Of a DNA stretch of 64,000 nt, positions 24,067 through 37,068 are shown one piece after another (within the stretch, counting starts at the first letter, position 1; each line of letters begins with the position of its first letter). This DNA is from Mustelus asterias. Taxonomy: Eukaryota. The notes beneath the pieces were generated by a model. The model saw nothing but the letters and a program-made list of their open reading frames with translations. It was not told the origin of the DNA and did not search any database. A program made the translations under genes and the position numbers. The stretch spans positions 434,001-498,000 of the forward strand of contig NC_135820.1 of assembly GCF_964213995.1 (NCBI RefSeq), given 5' to 3'.

Positions 24067-26150
24067 AGTCAGGTGACATTGACCTATACAAGAAAGCCGG
24101 ATACGATCGAAGGAAATCCATCAAAGACGCCAAAAGACAGTACCGGACAAAGCTAGAGTCCCAGGCGAGCTACACAGACCCCCATCGACTATGGCAAGGT
24201 CTGCAAGACATAACAGGCTACAAGATGAAGGCATGTAAAATCGTCAACTCCAACGGACCTCTCCCTGATGAGCTCAATGCATTCGAAGCCCGTTTTGAAC
24301 AAGAGGTCAGCGAGAGCATGCTCTCCACCCTGGAAGCCCTGGATGAACCTATACCTGAGGTCACCATTGCAGAGGTCAGAGCAGTTTTCTCGAAGGTCAA
24401 CACCCGGAAAGCGATTGGCCCAGATGGGGTGCCCGGACGAGCACTCAGATCCTGCGCGGATCAGCTGATGGGGGCATTCAACCTCTCTTTACAACAATCT
24501 GAGGTCTCTATCTGCTTCAAGAAAACAAACAAAGAATAAAGAAAATTACCGCACAGGAACAGGCCCTTCGGCCCTCCAAGCCTGCACCGACCATGCTGCC
24601 CGACTTAACTAAAACCCCCTACCCTTCCGGGGACCATATCCCTCTATTCCCATCCTATTCATGTATTTGTCCAGATGCCCCTTAAAATTCACTTCCGTAT
24701 CCGCTTCCACTCCCTCCCCCGGTAACGAGTTCCAGGCACCCACTACTCTCTGTGTAAAAAATCTGCCTTGTCCATCTCCTTTAAACCTTGCCACTCACAC
24801 CTTAAACCTGTGCCCCCTGGTAATTGACTCTTCCACCCTGGGAAAATGCTTCTGACTATCCACTCTGTCCATGCCCCTCATAATCTTGTAGACTTCTATC
24901 AGGTCTCCCCTCAACCCCCGTCGTTCCAATGAGAATAAACCAAGATTCTCCAACCTCTCCTCATAGCTAATGCCCTCCATACCAGGCAACATCCTGGTAA
25001 ATCTTTTCTGTACCCTCTCCAAAGCCTCCACATCCTTCTGGTAGTGTGGCGACCAGAATTGAACACTATATTCCAAGTGCGGCCTAACTAAGGTTCTATA
25101 AAGCTGCAACATGACTTGCCAATTTTTAAACTCAATACCCCGGCCGATGAAGGCAAGCATGCCGTATGCCTTCTTGACTCCCTTCTCCACCTGCATTGCC
25201 ACTTTCAGTGACCTGTGTACCTGTACACCCAGATCCCTCTGCCTATCAATACTCTTAAGGGTTCTGCCATTTACTGTATATTTCCCATCTGTATTAGACT
25301 TTCCAAAATGCATTACCGCACATTTGCCCGGTTCCCTGCCCATCATCCCGGTACCAAAAAAAAGCCAAGCAGCGTGCCTTAATGACTCATCCGGTGGCTC
25401 TGACATCCATCATTATGAAGTGCTTCGAAAGGTTAGTCATGGCACGAATCAATTCCAGCCTCCCGGACTGCCTGGATCCACTACAGTTTGTCTACTGCTG
25501 CAACAGGTCCACAGCAGACGCCATCTCCCTGGCCCTGCACTCAACACCTAGATAACAAGGACATCTATGTCAGACGCCTATTTATTGACTACAGCTCAGT
25601 CTTCAACACTGTTATTTCCATGAAACTCATCTCCAAACTCCGTGGCCTGGGCCTCGGCACCTCCCTCTGCGACTGGAACCTGAACTTCCTAACCCACAGG
25701 CCACAATCAGTAAGGATCGGCAACAACACCTCCTCCACGATCATCCTCAACACCGGTGCCCCACAAGGCTGTGTTCTCAGCCCCCGACTATACTCCTTAT
25801 ACACCTATGACTGTGTGGCCAAGTTCCTCTCCAACTCAATTTTTAAGTTTGCTGACGACCCCACCATAGTGGGTTGGATCTCAAACAATGATGAGACAGA
25901 GTACAGGGATGAGGTAGAGAATCTGGTGAACTGGTGCGGCAACAATAATCTCTCCCTCAATGTCAGCAAAACGATGGAGATGAAGACTAAAATGAAGACT
26001 AAGGAAATTTGGCATGTCAGCTACGACTCTCACCAACTTTTACAAATGCACCATAGAAAGCATTCTTTCTGGTTGTATCACAGCTTGGTATGGCTCCTGC
26101 TCTGCCCAAGACCGCAAGGAACTACGAAAGGTTGTGAATGTAGCCCAGTC
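24067..26150 (+). mobile_element. Second Rex1/Babar LINE fragment, interrupted by a CR1
   Basis: Near-paralogous to 22370-23374; [15 protein letters not shown] motifs. Confidence 0.85.
24526..25337 (-). mobile_element. CR1 3' fragment nested in Rex1
   Basis: ORF 24795-25406 RPHLEYSVQFWSP; (TTCTTTG)-type tail. Confidence 0.88.
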
Positions 26151-27373
26151 CAAAATTGATGGTGTTGGGTGAAATATTAGAATGGATGTAGGACTGGGTA
26201 ACCAGCAGGAAACAGACTCGGGACAGATGTGTCATATTCAGGTTGGCAAACCGTAACCCAGGGAGTGTCACAGACATCAGTGATATGGCCTCAATTATTT
26301 ACAATCCACATCAATGACTTGGATGAAGGAACCAACTGGACTGGAGCCAGAATTTCTGACTATGTCATCAAGATAGGCGGTAAAGATTTCATCAAGGTGG
26401 GAAAGAAAGTTGTGAGGAGGACACAAAGAGGCTGCAAAGGGATATTAATCGATTCAGTGAGTGGACAGAATATTTGTCTGATGGAATATTATGAGGGACA
26501 ATGTGAGCTAATACAGTTCAGCAGGAAGAATAGAACAGCAGAATATTATTTAAATACAGAGAGACTGCAGAATGCTGCAGTACAGAGGGATCTGGGTGTC
26601 CTTGTACATGAATCACATTATATTACCACCCTGAAACAGCAAAGAATCAGGAATGCAAATGGAATGCTGTCCTTTTCTGGCAAGGGGGGTGGGGTATAGA
26701 AATCAGGGAGCCTTGCTATAACCATACAGGGCATTGGTGGGACCACGCATTGAGTCCTGTGTACAGGTTTGGTCTCCTTACTATAGAAGGGATATACTCC
26801 CAGTGGTTCCATTTCAGAGAAGGTTCAATGGGGTTGGGCTGATTCCTGCGATGACGGGGTTTGTCATTTGAGGAAAGGTTGAGCAGATTTGGGTCGATAT
26901 CCAATGGAGTTTAGAAGAACAAGAGGTGATTGTAGCAAAACATGCAAGATCCTCTGGGAAACTTGGCAGGGTGGGATTGAGAGGGGGTTCCCATTTGTGG
27001 TAAAATTTTGAATGAGGGGGGCACAGTTTCAGATCTCTCTTCGCAGACACAGGTGAGGAGGAATTTCTTCTCTTGGACAGTCATTAGTCTGTAGAATTCA
27101 TTCCCCCAGGGGGCAGTGGAGGCTGGGCCATTGAATACATTCAAGGTTGACTTAGAGACTTTAGTGTTTAGGGAATCAAGGTTCATGGCAGAGTGGGGGT
27201 GGGTCGCAGAAAATTGGAGTTAAGGCCACAGTCGGATCAGATGTGATAGTATTGAATGGTGAAGAAGGCTTGAGGGGCTGAATGGCCATCGTCTGTTCCT
27301 GTTATGTCCTTCTGTTCTTAAATCGGCAGAGGGGTTGCTGATAGGACGAGGGTACGTGCTGTTTGCTCACTTT

Positions 27374-27395
27374 GATCCAACTTCCTCATTTTGTC
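27374..27395 (-). promoter_or_regulatory. PU.1/ETS-like site in the putative TATA-less promoter of Siglec-like gene B
   Basis: AAAATGAGGAAGTTG on the minus strand, with further GGAA cores at ~27447, 27545 and 27699, just upstream of the first exon. Confidence 0.4.
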
Positions 27396-27429
27396 TCTCA
27401 GTGAAACATCAACCCTTTCTAATTAAACA

Positions 27430-27519
27430 CACAGAGGGAGCAGCACAGGAAGAGGACATTCAGCCCAAGCAGAGCGGGACCGCAGTTACTCCCCAGGCGA
27501 GCAGACGGACAGGTCCTGG
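27430..27519 (+). other. Putative non-coding first exon of Siglec-like gene B (start uncertain)
   Basis: Perfect donor CTGG|gtaagt at 27520; downstream acceptors at 27801 and 27921. Confidence 0.5.
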
Positions 27520-27963
27520 GTAAGTAACGGAACGATTGGAATTCACTTCCACGACCAACATTGTCCTTTGTTGATGTTGTGACTTTATAAAGACAGATTC
27601 CAATGATTGATGCCTTTGAAAGATTTCTACTGATTATTGAGATCTGGCTGTGAGGCTCAAGTCAGTCGGACAGAATATCTTTCTGGTTTAAGATCGAGGG
27701 AAGTGCAGAGACATGAGCTTTGGGATGTCTTGAGGTGGTGAATGGTGCTACAGAAACGAAAGTAAAGTCTTTCTTTCTTAAAGCCTTGTGTCTCTCTGCA
27801 GAGCACCTATCATCCCACACAGAATCCAATTAGTCTGTGACGACATTGTCTAAAAGCAGTTCTGATCTCTCGAGAGCTGTCGGACAAGAGGTGAGGTCTC
27901 ATTAACTCCTTTCTCTTTCAGAGCTTGAGAGTGAGAAGCTGGTGAAATATCTGGGACTGGACA

Positions 27964-28003
27964 ATGATCGGGAAATCTTACTTCCTCCTGTCACTTCTCC
28001 AAG
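27964..28003 (+). CDS. Siglec-like gene B leader (signal peptide) exon, coding part
   Basis: acaATG ATC.. = MIGKSYFLLSLLQ + G|gtaata (phase 1); acceptor ttctctttcag at 27921. Joins in frame to any V exon. Confidence 0.8.
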
Positions 28004-28969
28004 GTAATATCATCGACAGCTTGGACAGATTTATGGTTAATAATCTTTGTAAAAGATCATTCTTGTTGAGCTCTGATTGGGAACCAATTCAGCAGTGACC
28101 CAGTGTACAAACTCTCACCAAGTCCCATTCACCCATCAGCTCTGTGCTCACTGATATACGCTGACTCCCTGTCTGACAGCAGAGTTAGAGGACAGCAGAG
28201 ATGTTAGAGGGTTGTACTGACTGGAGGATGTTAGAGATGGGGAGGTTTGTATAGACTGGAGGATGTTACAGTGATGGGGAGGGTTGTGGCGGCTGGAGGA
28301 GGCAATAGAGATACGGAGGGTTGTTGGGGCTGGGGGAGATTACAGAGATAGAGTTGTAGGGGCTGGAGGAGAATCTTACCTTGACTTGCTGTTGGATATA
28401 GGTTAGCGAGTGGAAGTGCTGAGTAGAGAATCAGGGATTAAAAACTGGGTGGAGAAGTCTATCCCGTTGCTTTGAAAGCTTGGCCTGAACTTTGTGTATT
28501 TTGCTGATTTTCATCAGAATGTTCCACGAAGACGACACAGAAGCTTCTAGAATAGACAGGTTGCTCAGCGTCACACTTCCTGTCCATTCACACCACGCTA
28601 GAAACTTCCATTAGGGTGCAAGACAACTGAAATAGAAACAGAAGAAAAACATGCGGTGTATAAATGTGTGAAATAATTTAACTTCTCATGATTGTCTCTG
28701 ACCTGCTGCAAAGTTTAAATTTGCAGCTCAGAAGGAGGCGATTGATTTACTGCCTGAAAGGGTGCGAGAAGCAGATTCAATGGGAACTTTCAAAAGGCCA
28801 ATTAGATCAAAACCTGATGGGGAAAAACTTGCAGCAATATGGGTGAAAGAGAGGGGGAGGGAGAATGATGACTAATCGTATAGATCTTTCAAAGAGCCAG
28901 CACAAGAATGATGGGCAGAATGGCATCCTTCTGTGTTGAATCATTTGACAATCCAATGATTTAAGATAC

Positions 28970-31547
28970 TTACCAACAACTCTTCAGGTTCCTGCTGAAG
29001 TCATGGATCTTTCAGAAGGACAGGGAACAAGAGGGTTCTGGTCATCATGTTCGTGTTTCGCTGCCATTACAGAAGTGTACAGAGCCAATGAATCTCTGAG
29101 TCTGTAAAGCACTGAGGCAATCTGCTGGTACTCCCACATCTTGTCATGGCGACTGTGTCTGGAGTTTCTTTAATTGCTCACACTGATCTGTGGGATCGTC
29201 ATTCTTCCATGTTGTTCCTGGTTTCAGTGCCCTGGATGAACTCGGATTGTACAGTGGGAGAGGAGCTGGAGTAGATCTGATTTGTCCTCAGTTTTGCCTC
29301 TTTGCCTTTGTCTGGGATGATTTCAAAGGATCCCGACTCAGAACAAATCCTCGTCACCTCGACTGGTTGCTGCGAACCTTCTGCGGGATCCTGAATGTCA
29401 AATTGTTGTCCCAACTGTAAATTTGGAATTCTGTATTCTCATTTTAATCATAAATCAGAGTCGACATGTGTTTGTGAAAAGGAATATCATGTTTGAAAGG
29501 TTGAATAGAATTCTTTGAGGATGTAACAAGCAGGGTGGAGAAAGGAGAATGAGTAGATGTGGTGTATTCGGATTTCCAAAATGCATTCAATAAAGTGCCA
29601 CATAAAAGGTTACTGTGCCAGATAAAATTTGATAGTGTTGGGGGTGATATATTAAAATGGATAGAAGATTGTGTAACTAACAGGACACAGAAAGTCAGGG
29701 AGCGAGGCAGGAAAGAAAGCTGTGAGGAAGACACAAAGAAGCTGCAGAGAGATAAAAATCATTTCAGTCAGTCAGCAAAATATTTGTGGGATGGAATATA
29801 AGGAGGCAAAATGTGAGGCTGTCCACTTTGGCGGGAAGTGTTGAAAATAAGAATATTAGACACGTATGGAGTGATTGCAGAATGCTGCAGCACAGAGGGA
29901 ACCTGTACATGAATCTCAAAATGTTCCCATGTTGGAACAGCAAAGAATTAAGAAGGTAAATGAAATATCGGTCTTTATTGAAAGGGGGATAGAGTGTAAA
30001 AGTAGGGAAGTCTTGCTACAACTGTACAGGCCATTGGAGAGGCCACATCTGGAGTAGTTTTTGTCTCCTTACTGAGGAGGGATGTTCTGGTATTGGAGGC
30101 AGTTCAGAGAATGTTCACTAGACTGATACCTGGGTTGAAGGGGTTTGTCTAATGAAGACATTTTGAACAGTTTGTGTCGATACTCACTGGAGTTTAGAAG
30201 AATGAGAGGTGATCGAATTGAAACATAATTGTGAGGGGTTTTGACAGAGTGGATGCTGAGGCTGATATAACTCCTCAGAGGCTGGTGTCAGAATGAGGGG
30301 TGTCCCACTGAAGAGGGAGAAGAGGAGGAATTTCCCCTCTCAGAGACTCATCAGTCTGTGGAATTCTCTCCCCCAGAGGGCAGTGCAGGTCACTTGTTAA
30401 AAGTTCATCAGCTGACTCCTGTGACTCTGCTCAGTCGCCTCCTTCCCCGTATCTGACAAAAGATAAAAGTTAGGATTTATCAGACCAGCTTCCACTCTGC
30501 TATCTGAGTTATCCAGTGGTAACATCAGTTGGAACGATAACATCACCGAGTACAACTGTTGCACACACCCTGAATATTTTAATTTCAGAGATCTTTATGG
30601 ATTACGGTCTGCAATTCATTGTTGGGCCATTTCAGGATATGTGTATAAAGTGAAATATCGATCAACGCTCTTCCTCTCATTGTGCACATCACTGTCATCT
30701 TTTGGTTTGTCAATCACTTCATGTCTGTGTTTCTGTTTTCAAAGATTTCCTGTACAGTCAGCAGCTGTGATTTCAACATTCTCCGACACTGCGACTGTTG
30801 TGTTTGATCAAAGTGTCCAGGGTGGTCTCATGTTATGCCGCGTGACTGAAGGCTGTTCACCGTGTCGTACCTGTACTGAATCTTGCTCCCAGAATGTTTG
30901 ACCACCGCTGAACATCATGTTGTGTTTTAATAATGATATGAAAGCACCAATCACTCATTAGGGATTGTACAAATATGTTGTTTTTTATTATTCATTTGTG
31001 GGACATGGGTGTCGCTGGCGGGCCAGCATTTACTGATCATCCCTGTTACCCTTGAAGGGCAGTTGAGAATCAACCACATTGCTGTGGCTCTGGAGGCACA
31101 TGTAGGCCAGACCAGGTAAGGACGGTAGATTTCCTTCCCCAAAGGACATCAGTGAACCAGATGGGTTTTTTTGACAATCGACAATGGTTTCACGGCCAAC
31201 ACTAGATTCGTAATTCCAGATTTGCTTTGTAGAATTCAAATTCCACCATCTGCTGTGACGAGATTCAAATCCAGTCCCCAGAACATGAGCTGAATTTCTG
31301 GATTAATAGTCTGATGATAATACCACTAGGCCATTGCCTCCCCGAAACCCTAACCCTTTGTGGGTTCAATTATTTAGACGAGGCACATGAGAGCAGATGT
31401 ACATGGATAGAAAGTTTGAAGACACCAGCAGCAGATCTGTGTGTGCTGTGTTCTGCTGACAGGCCACAGTGAAACTAAGACTGGATCACATGAAACACTT
31501 CCCCAGTAGTGATGTCATGCTGCTAATCCCTTAAAGGCAAATTACAA
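28970..31547 (-). mobile_element. Decayed Gypsy-type deletion derivative with LTR-like segment (~31350-31547), containing nested CR1 (+, ~29450-30400) and SINE
   Basis: 29150-29440 resembles 3420-3710, 30670-30740 resembles 59710-59770, and 31440-31547 resembles 850-970 and 51940-52005. Confidence 0.5.
30985..31345 (-). mobile_element. tRNA-derived SINE (DeuSINE/SacSINE-like)
   Basis: Minus-strand head gggaggcaatggcctagtggta with a B-box-like ggatttgaatc; tail ..cccacaaatgaataataa. Confidence 0.6.
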
Positions 31548-31941
31548 TCAATTGGAACCGCTGTCTGAGACACTGAGGATCCAGGAAGGTGAGGCTAATG
31601 AGTGATTCATGATGGTGAAAATGGTGGGAGCTATGGGGACACCTAATCCATTGTCCTGCCTTGTCGATCAGCACTCAATGTATCTCTATTGGTGCGTCTT
31701 GTAGACATTGTGTTGGGTGGAGACTGGCTTCATTAAACAGGATCTGAGGACCGTGAGCCAATGTAGAATGAACTTGTCCACTCCAGGATTCTCTTCCATC
31801 CATTGTGAAACCTTGGGGAGTTCTTTGTGTGTCCTGTAGATGGTCCACACTGCAGCCACTGTGCACCATTGACAGAGGGGGTGGATATCGAGTCTGGTGG
31901 ATCTTTGATCCAGTGTTAAATATTGATATTTCTCTCCCCAG

Positions 31942-32307
31942 TTGGATTGTCGCTGGAGTGGAAAGGCGACACTCCAAGTGAGATGACAGCGCAGGAAGGT
32001 TCGTGTGTGCAGATTCCCTGTCGTTACAGTTATCCATCACATTTGACAAACCAGCCGCGAATCGGAATCTGGTATAAAAATGAGGAAAGGGGAACAAAGC
32101 CTACAGCCTTTCACTCCGAGGAGCACAATAGGATATCGTCACAATTCCGCAATCGGACCCGGCTGTCTGGAGACCTGAAAGATGGCAACTGTTCCCTGAT
32201 TATACACAACGTCAGACAGGGAGATGCTGGATCTTATTATTTCAGAATAGAATTTGATGTCAAGAATAGTTACAACTTCGACCCTGTAACCCGGCTTCAC
32301 GTTTCTA
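31942..32307 (+). CDS. Siglec-like gene B V-set exon V1
   Basis: tctctccccag| .. A|gtaagt, phase 1-1. (V)GLSLEW..GSCVQIPC..GNCSL..DAGSYYFRIE: Siglec B-E strand Cys pair, inter-domain Cys and essential Arg. Confidence 0.92.
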
Positions 32308-32461
32308 GTAAGTGCTGCATTATAATTACTCAACAATTCACAGCCCACACTTAATGGGAAACAACACATCCCAGTGTTTGATTTGCTTTTTGTGCCTGTG
32401 TTAACCAGTGTCAGTATATTTAATGATTTATCTATTTCTGCTCCAGATCCATGAACTTGTT

Positions 32462-33803
32462 GGGGGCGATTCTCCCCCCAAAATTCTAAGTATTGAATTT
32501 GTGTGAAAGCTGGAGTAAATCCCGCTGGTTTTTACAGCGGGAGTTTAAACATGAATCTCCCAGACTCTGTGCACTGCAGAGTGCACTGGAGTGAATCACA
32601 TTAACATTCAGTGGGCAGGGGCTATTCCCGGTGGAGAGGCTGGCAGCATAGTGCTGAGCGGGCCACTGTGCATGCACCGATTTGTCAGCGCCGAGATAAG
32701 CGTATGCACAGTGGCCTCGCACTGCTGGCCTCCTGATCGCTGGCCTCCTGATCGCTGGCCTCCCGATCGCTGGCCACCCGATCGCTGGCCTCCCGATCAC
32801 TGGCCTCCCGATCACTGGCCTCCCGATCGCTGGCCTCCCGATCGCTGGCCTCCCGATCGCTGGCCTCCCGATTGCTGGCCACCCGATCGCTGGCCTCCCG
32901 ATCGCTGGCCTCCCGATCGCTGGCCTCCCGATCGCTGGCCTCCCGATCGCTGGCCTCCCGATCGCTGGCCTCCCGATTGCTGGCCAGCCCCGCAATCCTG
33001 CAACGCCCACCGTGCAACCACCCTGGCCCAATCGCTTGTCTACCGGACGTATACGGGCAGCCTTGACCCCTCCACCCCCCGCACAGTGCCAGTCCTCCCA
33101 ACCTGCAGTCAGGACCCCCCCAGAAGGCTGCCCTCCCCCAACCCGGAATGCCAGCCACGATAACTGGCATCCTTCCCTTCCCACCGATCCTAACTGCAGA
33201 GTGGCAGCGGGAACCCCCACCCCCATCGATCGTTCTCCCTGAGGACCCCCCATCAGACCCTGCCCCATTATGCTCCGCCTGCTTGGCACTGCCCCCTGTC
33301 TGAGGGTCAGTGCCATAGTGCCAAGGGCATTGGCAGTTTGCCCCTTGGGCAGTGGCAGGAGGCCAGACTGGCACTGCCAAGGCTCCAATGCCCAGGGCCC
33401 CCCTCCCGGCGCTGGACTCTCTGGCAGGGCCTCGATTGCCCCCCTTCACTCCAGCGGGCCTGGGTCACCAGCTCCCCACAATTGGGGAGATGCTGGAGTG
33501 AAACACTCCTGGTGGGGGGCCGGGGAGGGGGTGGGGGGTGGTAGGGGGGTGAATGCGAGCGGGCCCAGAGAATTCAGTCCCGGGCCCGCTAATGGTATTT
33601 AAATTACATGCAAATTAGGTGCTGCATAATTTATTCAGCTCCCCGCTGATTTCCGACACAGAGCTGACAACATTGGAAATCCGGCGCTGGGAGATTCGCT
33701 CAGGTCCGGATGCCCAGCGGTGAGCCCGAAAATCGGGCGCTGCTAGAATCTTCCGGCCCACTGCGCTAAAAGATCAGTGCAGCGGGGCGGGAGAATTGCC
33801 CCC
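32462..33803. mobile_element. MITE (same family as 6853) containing a 15-bp tandem expansion at ~32725-32985
   Basis: TIRs GGGGGCGATTCTCCC / GGGAGAATTGCCCCC; (CTCCCGATCGCTGGC)n, ~17 copies. Confidence 0.8.
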
Positions 33804-33809
33804 ATTGTG

Positions 33810-34620
33810 TTTGAACACAGCTTGTCCATGAGGGCCACCTCCTGTTCCCTCAATCCGATTCCCAGCAAACTGCTGACCGGACAACTTCCCCTCCTGGTCT
33901 CCGTGTTCGCCGATATTGTTAACAGTTCACTCTCTCTCCGCGTGCCGTCCCTCTCTCTTTCGAATCAACCTTCAATGACCTTCTCCACACAATAACAATC
34001 ATTGACCCCTCTGTCCTTATAAACTCCAGTCCTGTCTCCAACCTCTCTCCCATCTCCAAAGTTCTTGAACGTGTTTTCATCTCCTGAATCCGTTCCCATC
34101 TTTCCCGGAACTCCATGGTTGAATTCCTCCAATCAGGTTGCTGCCCCGGCCACAGTACTGAAACATTTCTTATCAAAGTCACTGATGACACCCTGTGTGT
34201 CTGTGACAAAGGGAAACTTTCTCTCCTCGTCCTTCTCCACCTGTCTGCACCCTTTGACACGGTGACCGCACCATCCTCCTCCAATGAAAACCATTGTTTA
34301 CAGTCCCTATTCCAAACTCCGTTCCCGAGCGACCGACTCCATCCCTCTCCCTGGAATCTCTCTGAGATTAATCCAATCCGGTCGCAAGTTTGGTTTCCCA
34401 TTTGATCCTGAGATGAGTTTCCGACCTGATATCCGTGCTATCACTGCGACCGTTTACTCCCACCTCTGGAACACCGCCCGACTTCACCCCGTCTCGGGGC
34501 ATCTGATGCAGAAACCCTCATACATGCTTTCAGGACCTCCACTATCGACTATTCCAACGCACATTCTTCCCTCCACAAACCTGAGGTCATCCAAATCACT
34601 GCTGCCCATGTTTCAACCTG
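33810..34620 (+). mobile_element. Decayed L2-clade LINE fragment
   Basis: SCSLNPIPSKLL; QSGC..HSTETFLIKV..LLHLSAPFDTV. Confidence 0.65.
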
Positions 34621-34849
34621 CACAACATTCTCTGAATTTAAGGTGATTGGACCACTCCTTGCTCTGGAGAGGGGATGTTCCTCGGTAACGTACAGCATTG
34701 TTTGTGTTTTTTCACAGTGCATGGTGGGTTTGTAGAATGTCCCAAAGGTGGAGGTTGGCTATCCAGGGGCCCTGGCCTGTCCTGAACCTGTCCTAACCTA
34801 TTTAGCAACGCGGACTCTTGCCTTGGGAGTTCAAAGCCTTGGGCCTACA

Positions 34850-35760
34850 CCAACATTCAATAAGATCATGGCTGATCCGGTTGTGGTCTCAACTCCCACT
34901 TTTCTGTCTGCCCTCCCATAACCCTCGACTCCCTTGTTGATCAAAACTCAGTCTAACTCAGCCTTGAATATATTCAATGACCCACAGCCTCCACTGCTCT
35001 CTGGGGGAGAGAATTACGCAGACTAATGACCATCGGAGAGAAGAAATTCCTCCTCAAATTCGTCTTCAATGGGAGACCCCTTACTTTGAAACTGTGCTCC
35101 CTGAGGGGCAAACATCCTCTCAGCATTCACCCTCTCGAGCCCCCTCAGGATCTTACATGTTTCAATAAGATCATCTCTCATTCTTCTCGACTCTAATGAG
35201 TACATGCTCAAACTGCTCAACCTGTCCTCTTAAGATAACCCACTCAGCCCAAAAATCAGCCGAGTGAACCTTCTCCGAACTGTTTCCAATGGAAGTATGT
35301 TCCTCTCTAAGTAAGGAGACCAGAGCTGTGCACAGTACTCCAGGCATGGTTTCACCAATGTCCTGTACAATTGTAACAAGATGTCCCCACTTTTATATTC
35401 CATCCCCTGGTAATAAAGGCTTACATTCCATTTGTCTTCCTAAGAATGCTAAATTTCCCCTTCGTGTCCAAAGATGTGTGGGTTAGGTGGATTCACCGTG
35501 GTAAATGTGCAGATTTACAGGAATAAGGCGGGGTGATGGCCCTGAATAAAATGCTCTTTCTGAGGCTTGGTGCAGACTCGATGGGCCGAATAGCCTCTTT
35601 CTGCACTGTATGTTCCACGGCTCTGTCAATTGCTGTACGAGAATGCTAACAGTTTGTGATTCATGTACAAGGACACTCAGATCCCTCTGTACTGCATTCC
35701 GCAATCCCTCTCATTTTCAATAATATTCTGTTTTTCTCTCCATCCTGCCAAAGTGATTGA
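34850..35760 (-). mobile_element. Decayed CR1 3' fragment with an HE1 tail piece (~35448-35615)
   Basis: YSLESRRMRDDLIETCKIL; AVQRDLSVLVHES. Confidence 0.75.
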
Positions 35761-35872
35761 TTGCGGAGCTCCTCAGTATTGACTCTCTCCCAAATTCACT
35801 CAATTCTGTACGTTTTGTGTCCAGTGGATCTATAAACTATCCAGGGTTAAATGTTGATATTTCTCTGCCCAG

Positions 35873-36241
35873 CTGAACCGTCACAGGAGTGGAACAGTGA
35901 CACTCCACAAGAGGTGACAGTGCAGGAAGGTTCGTGTGTGCAGATTCCATGTCATTACAGTTATCCATTGTGTCTGAGACACCGACCACGAGATGGAGTC
36001 TGGTTTAATAACAAGGAACAGATTCCCAATGCTCCCGTAGTCTTTCACTCCAAGGATCACAAGAGTATATCATCACGGTTCCGCCATCGGACCCGGCTGG
36101 CTGGAAACCTGAAAGATGGCGACTGTTCCCTGATTATTACCAACATCAGACAGGAAGATGCGGGACCTTATTATTTTAGAATCGAATTTGACAATGGTCC
36201 CAGCTATAGTTATCGCCCCGTAACCCGGCTTCACGTTTCTG
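35873..36241 (+). CDS. Siglec-like gene B V-set exon V2
   Basis: ttctctgcccag| .. G|gtaagt, phase 1-1; (A)EPSQEW..CVQIPC..GDCSL..DAGPYYFRIE. Confidence 0.92.
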
Positions 36242-36702
36242 GTAAGTGCTGTGTTATAATTATTCAATAATTCACATTCAAACTGTGACATTTACATATT
36301 AACACAAAACACAGCTTATTATAGAACAGTGTCTGATTATCAATAACCTGGTGATAGCTTCCAGTTCAGTCTTAAAGCAACCTCGAATACTCACTTTAAT
36401 GTCAATGATTAAATGCACTGACTGCGTCCATCAATGTTATCAGGTTATCCAATCCCATCAATCTCTCTGATCCTGTTTAAAAGTCGTACATATCGACCTC
36501 CACACCGTAATCAAATATTGTCTTTATGGGTGACAGAGGTAATAGGGGAGGGAGGTGCTGTTGATGTAACACTCGTGAGTTTTCTATGTTCTGTAGATGG
36601 TCCACACTGCAGCCACTGTGTGCCAGTAACAGAGGGGGTGGATATCGAGTGTAGGGGATCTACAAACCATCCAGTGTTAAATATTGATATTTCTCTCCCC
36701 AG

Positions 36703-37068
36703 CTGAACTGTCAAAGGAGTGGAAAGGCAACACTTCACGAGAGGTGACAGTGCAGGAAGGTTCATGTGTACAGATTCCATGTCAGTACAGTTATCCATCG
36801 TGTTTGGCAAACCAGCCGCGAGTCGGAATCTGGTTTAATAATGAGGAATATTCATCATCATCGATCGCCTTTCACTCCGAGGATCACAATCAGGAGGCAG
36901 CACAATTCCGCAATCGGACCCGGCTGTCTGGAGACCTGAAAGATGGCGACTGTTCCCTGATTATAAACAGCGTCACACGGGGAGATGCTGGACCTTATTA
37001 TTTCAGAATAGAATTTGACGGAAGGAATCGTTACAGCTACCACCCTGTAACCCGGCTTCGCGTTTCTG
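36703..37068 (+). CDS. Siglec-like gene B V-set exon V3
   Basis: ttctctccccag| .. G|gtaagt, phase 1-1; (A)ELSKEW..CVQIPC..GDCSL..DAGPYYFRIE. Confidence 0.92.

Larger units (their letters stand above)
21760..27320 (+). mobile_element. Old degenerate CR1 acting as host for later insertions (own pieces ~21760-21964, 23400-24066, 26152-27320)
   Basis: Decayed CR1 ORF2 text (EIAETLNKFLVSVF, QGVSQTSVIWPQLFTIHINDLDEG, QRDLGVLVHES) and a CR1 3' UTR. Confidence 0.7.

Noticed and set aside
32486-33449. ORFs with GRPAI / WPPDR / EASDR repeats
   Set aside because: Artefacts of the 15-bp repeat in a GC-rich MITE.
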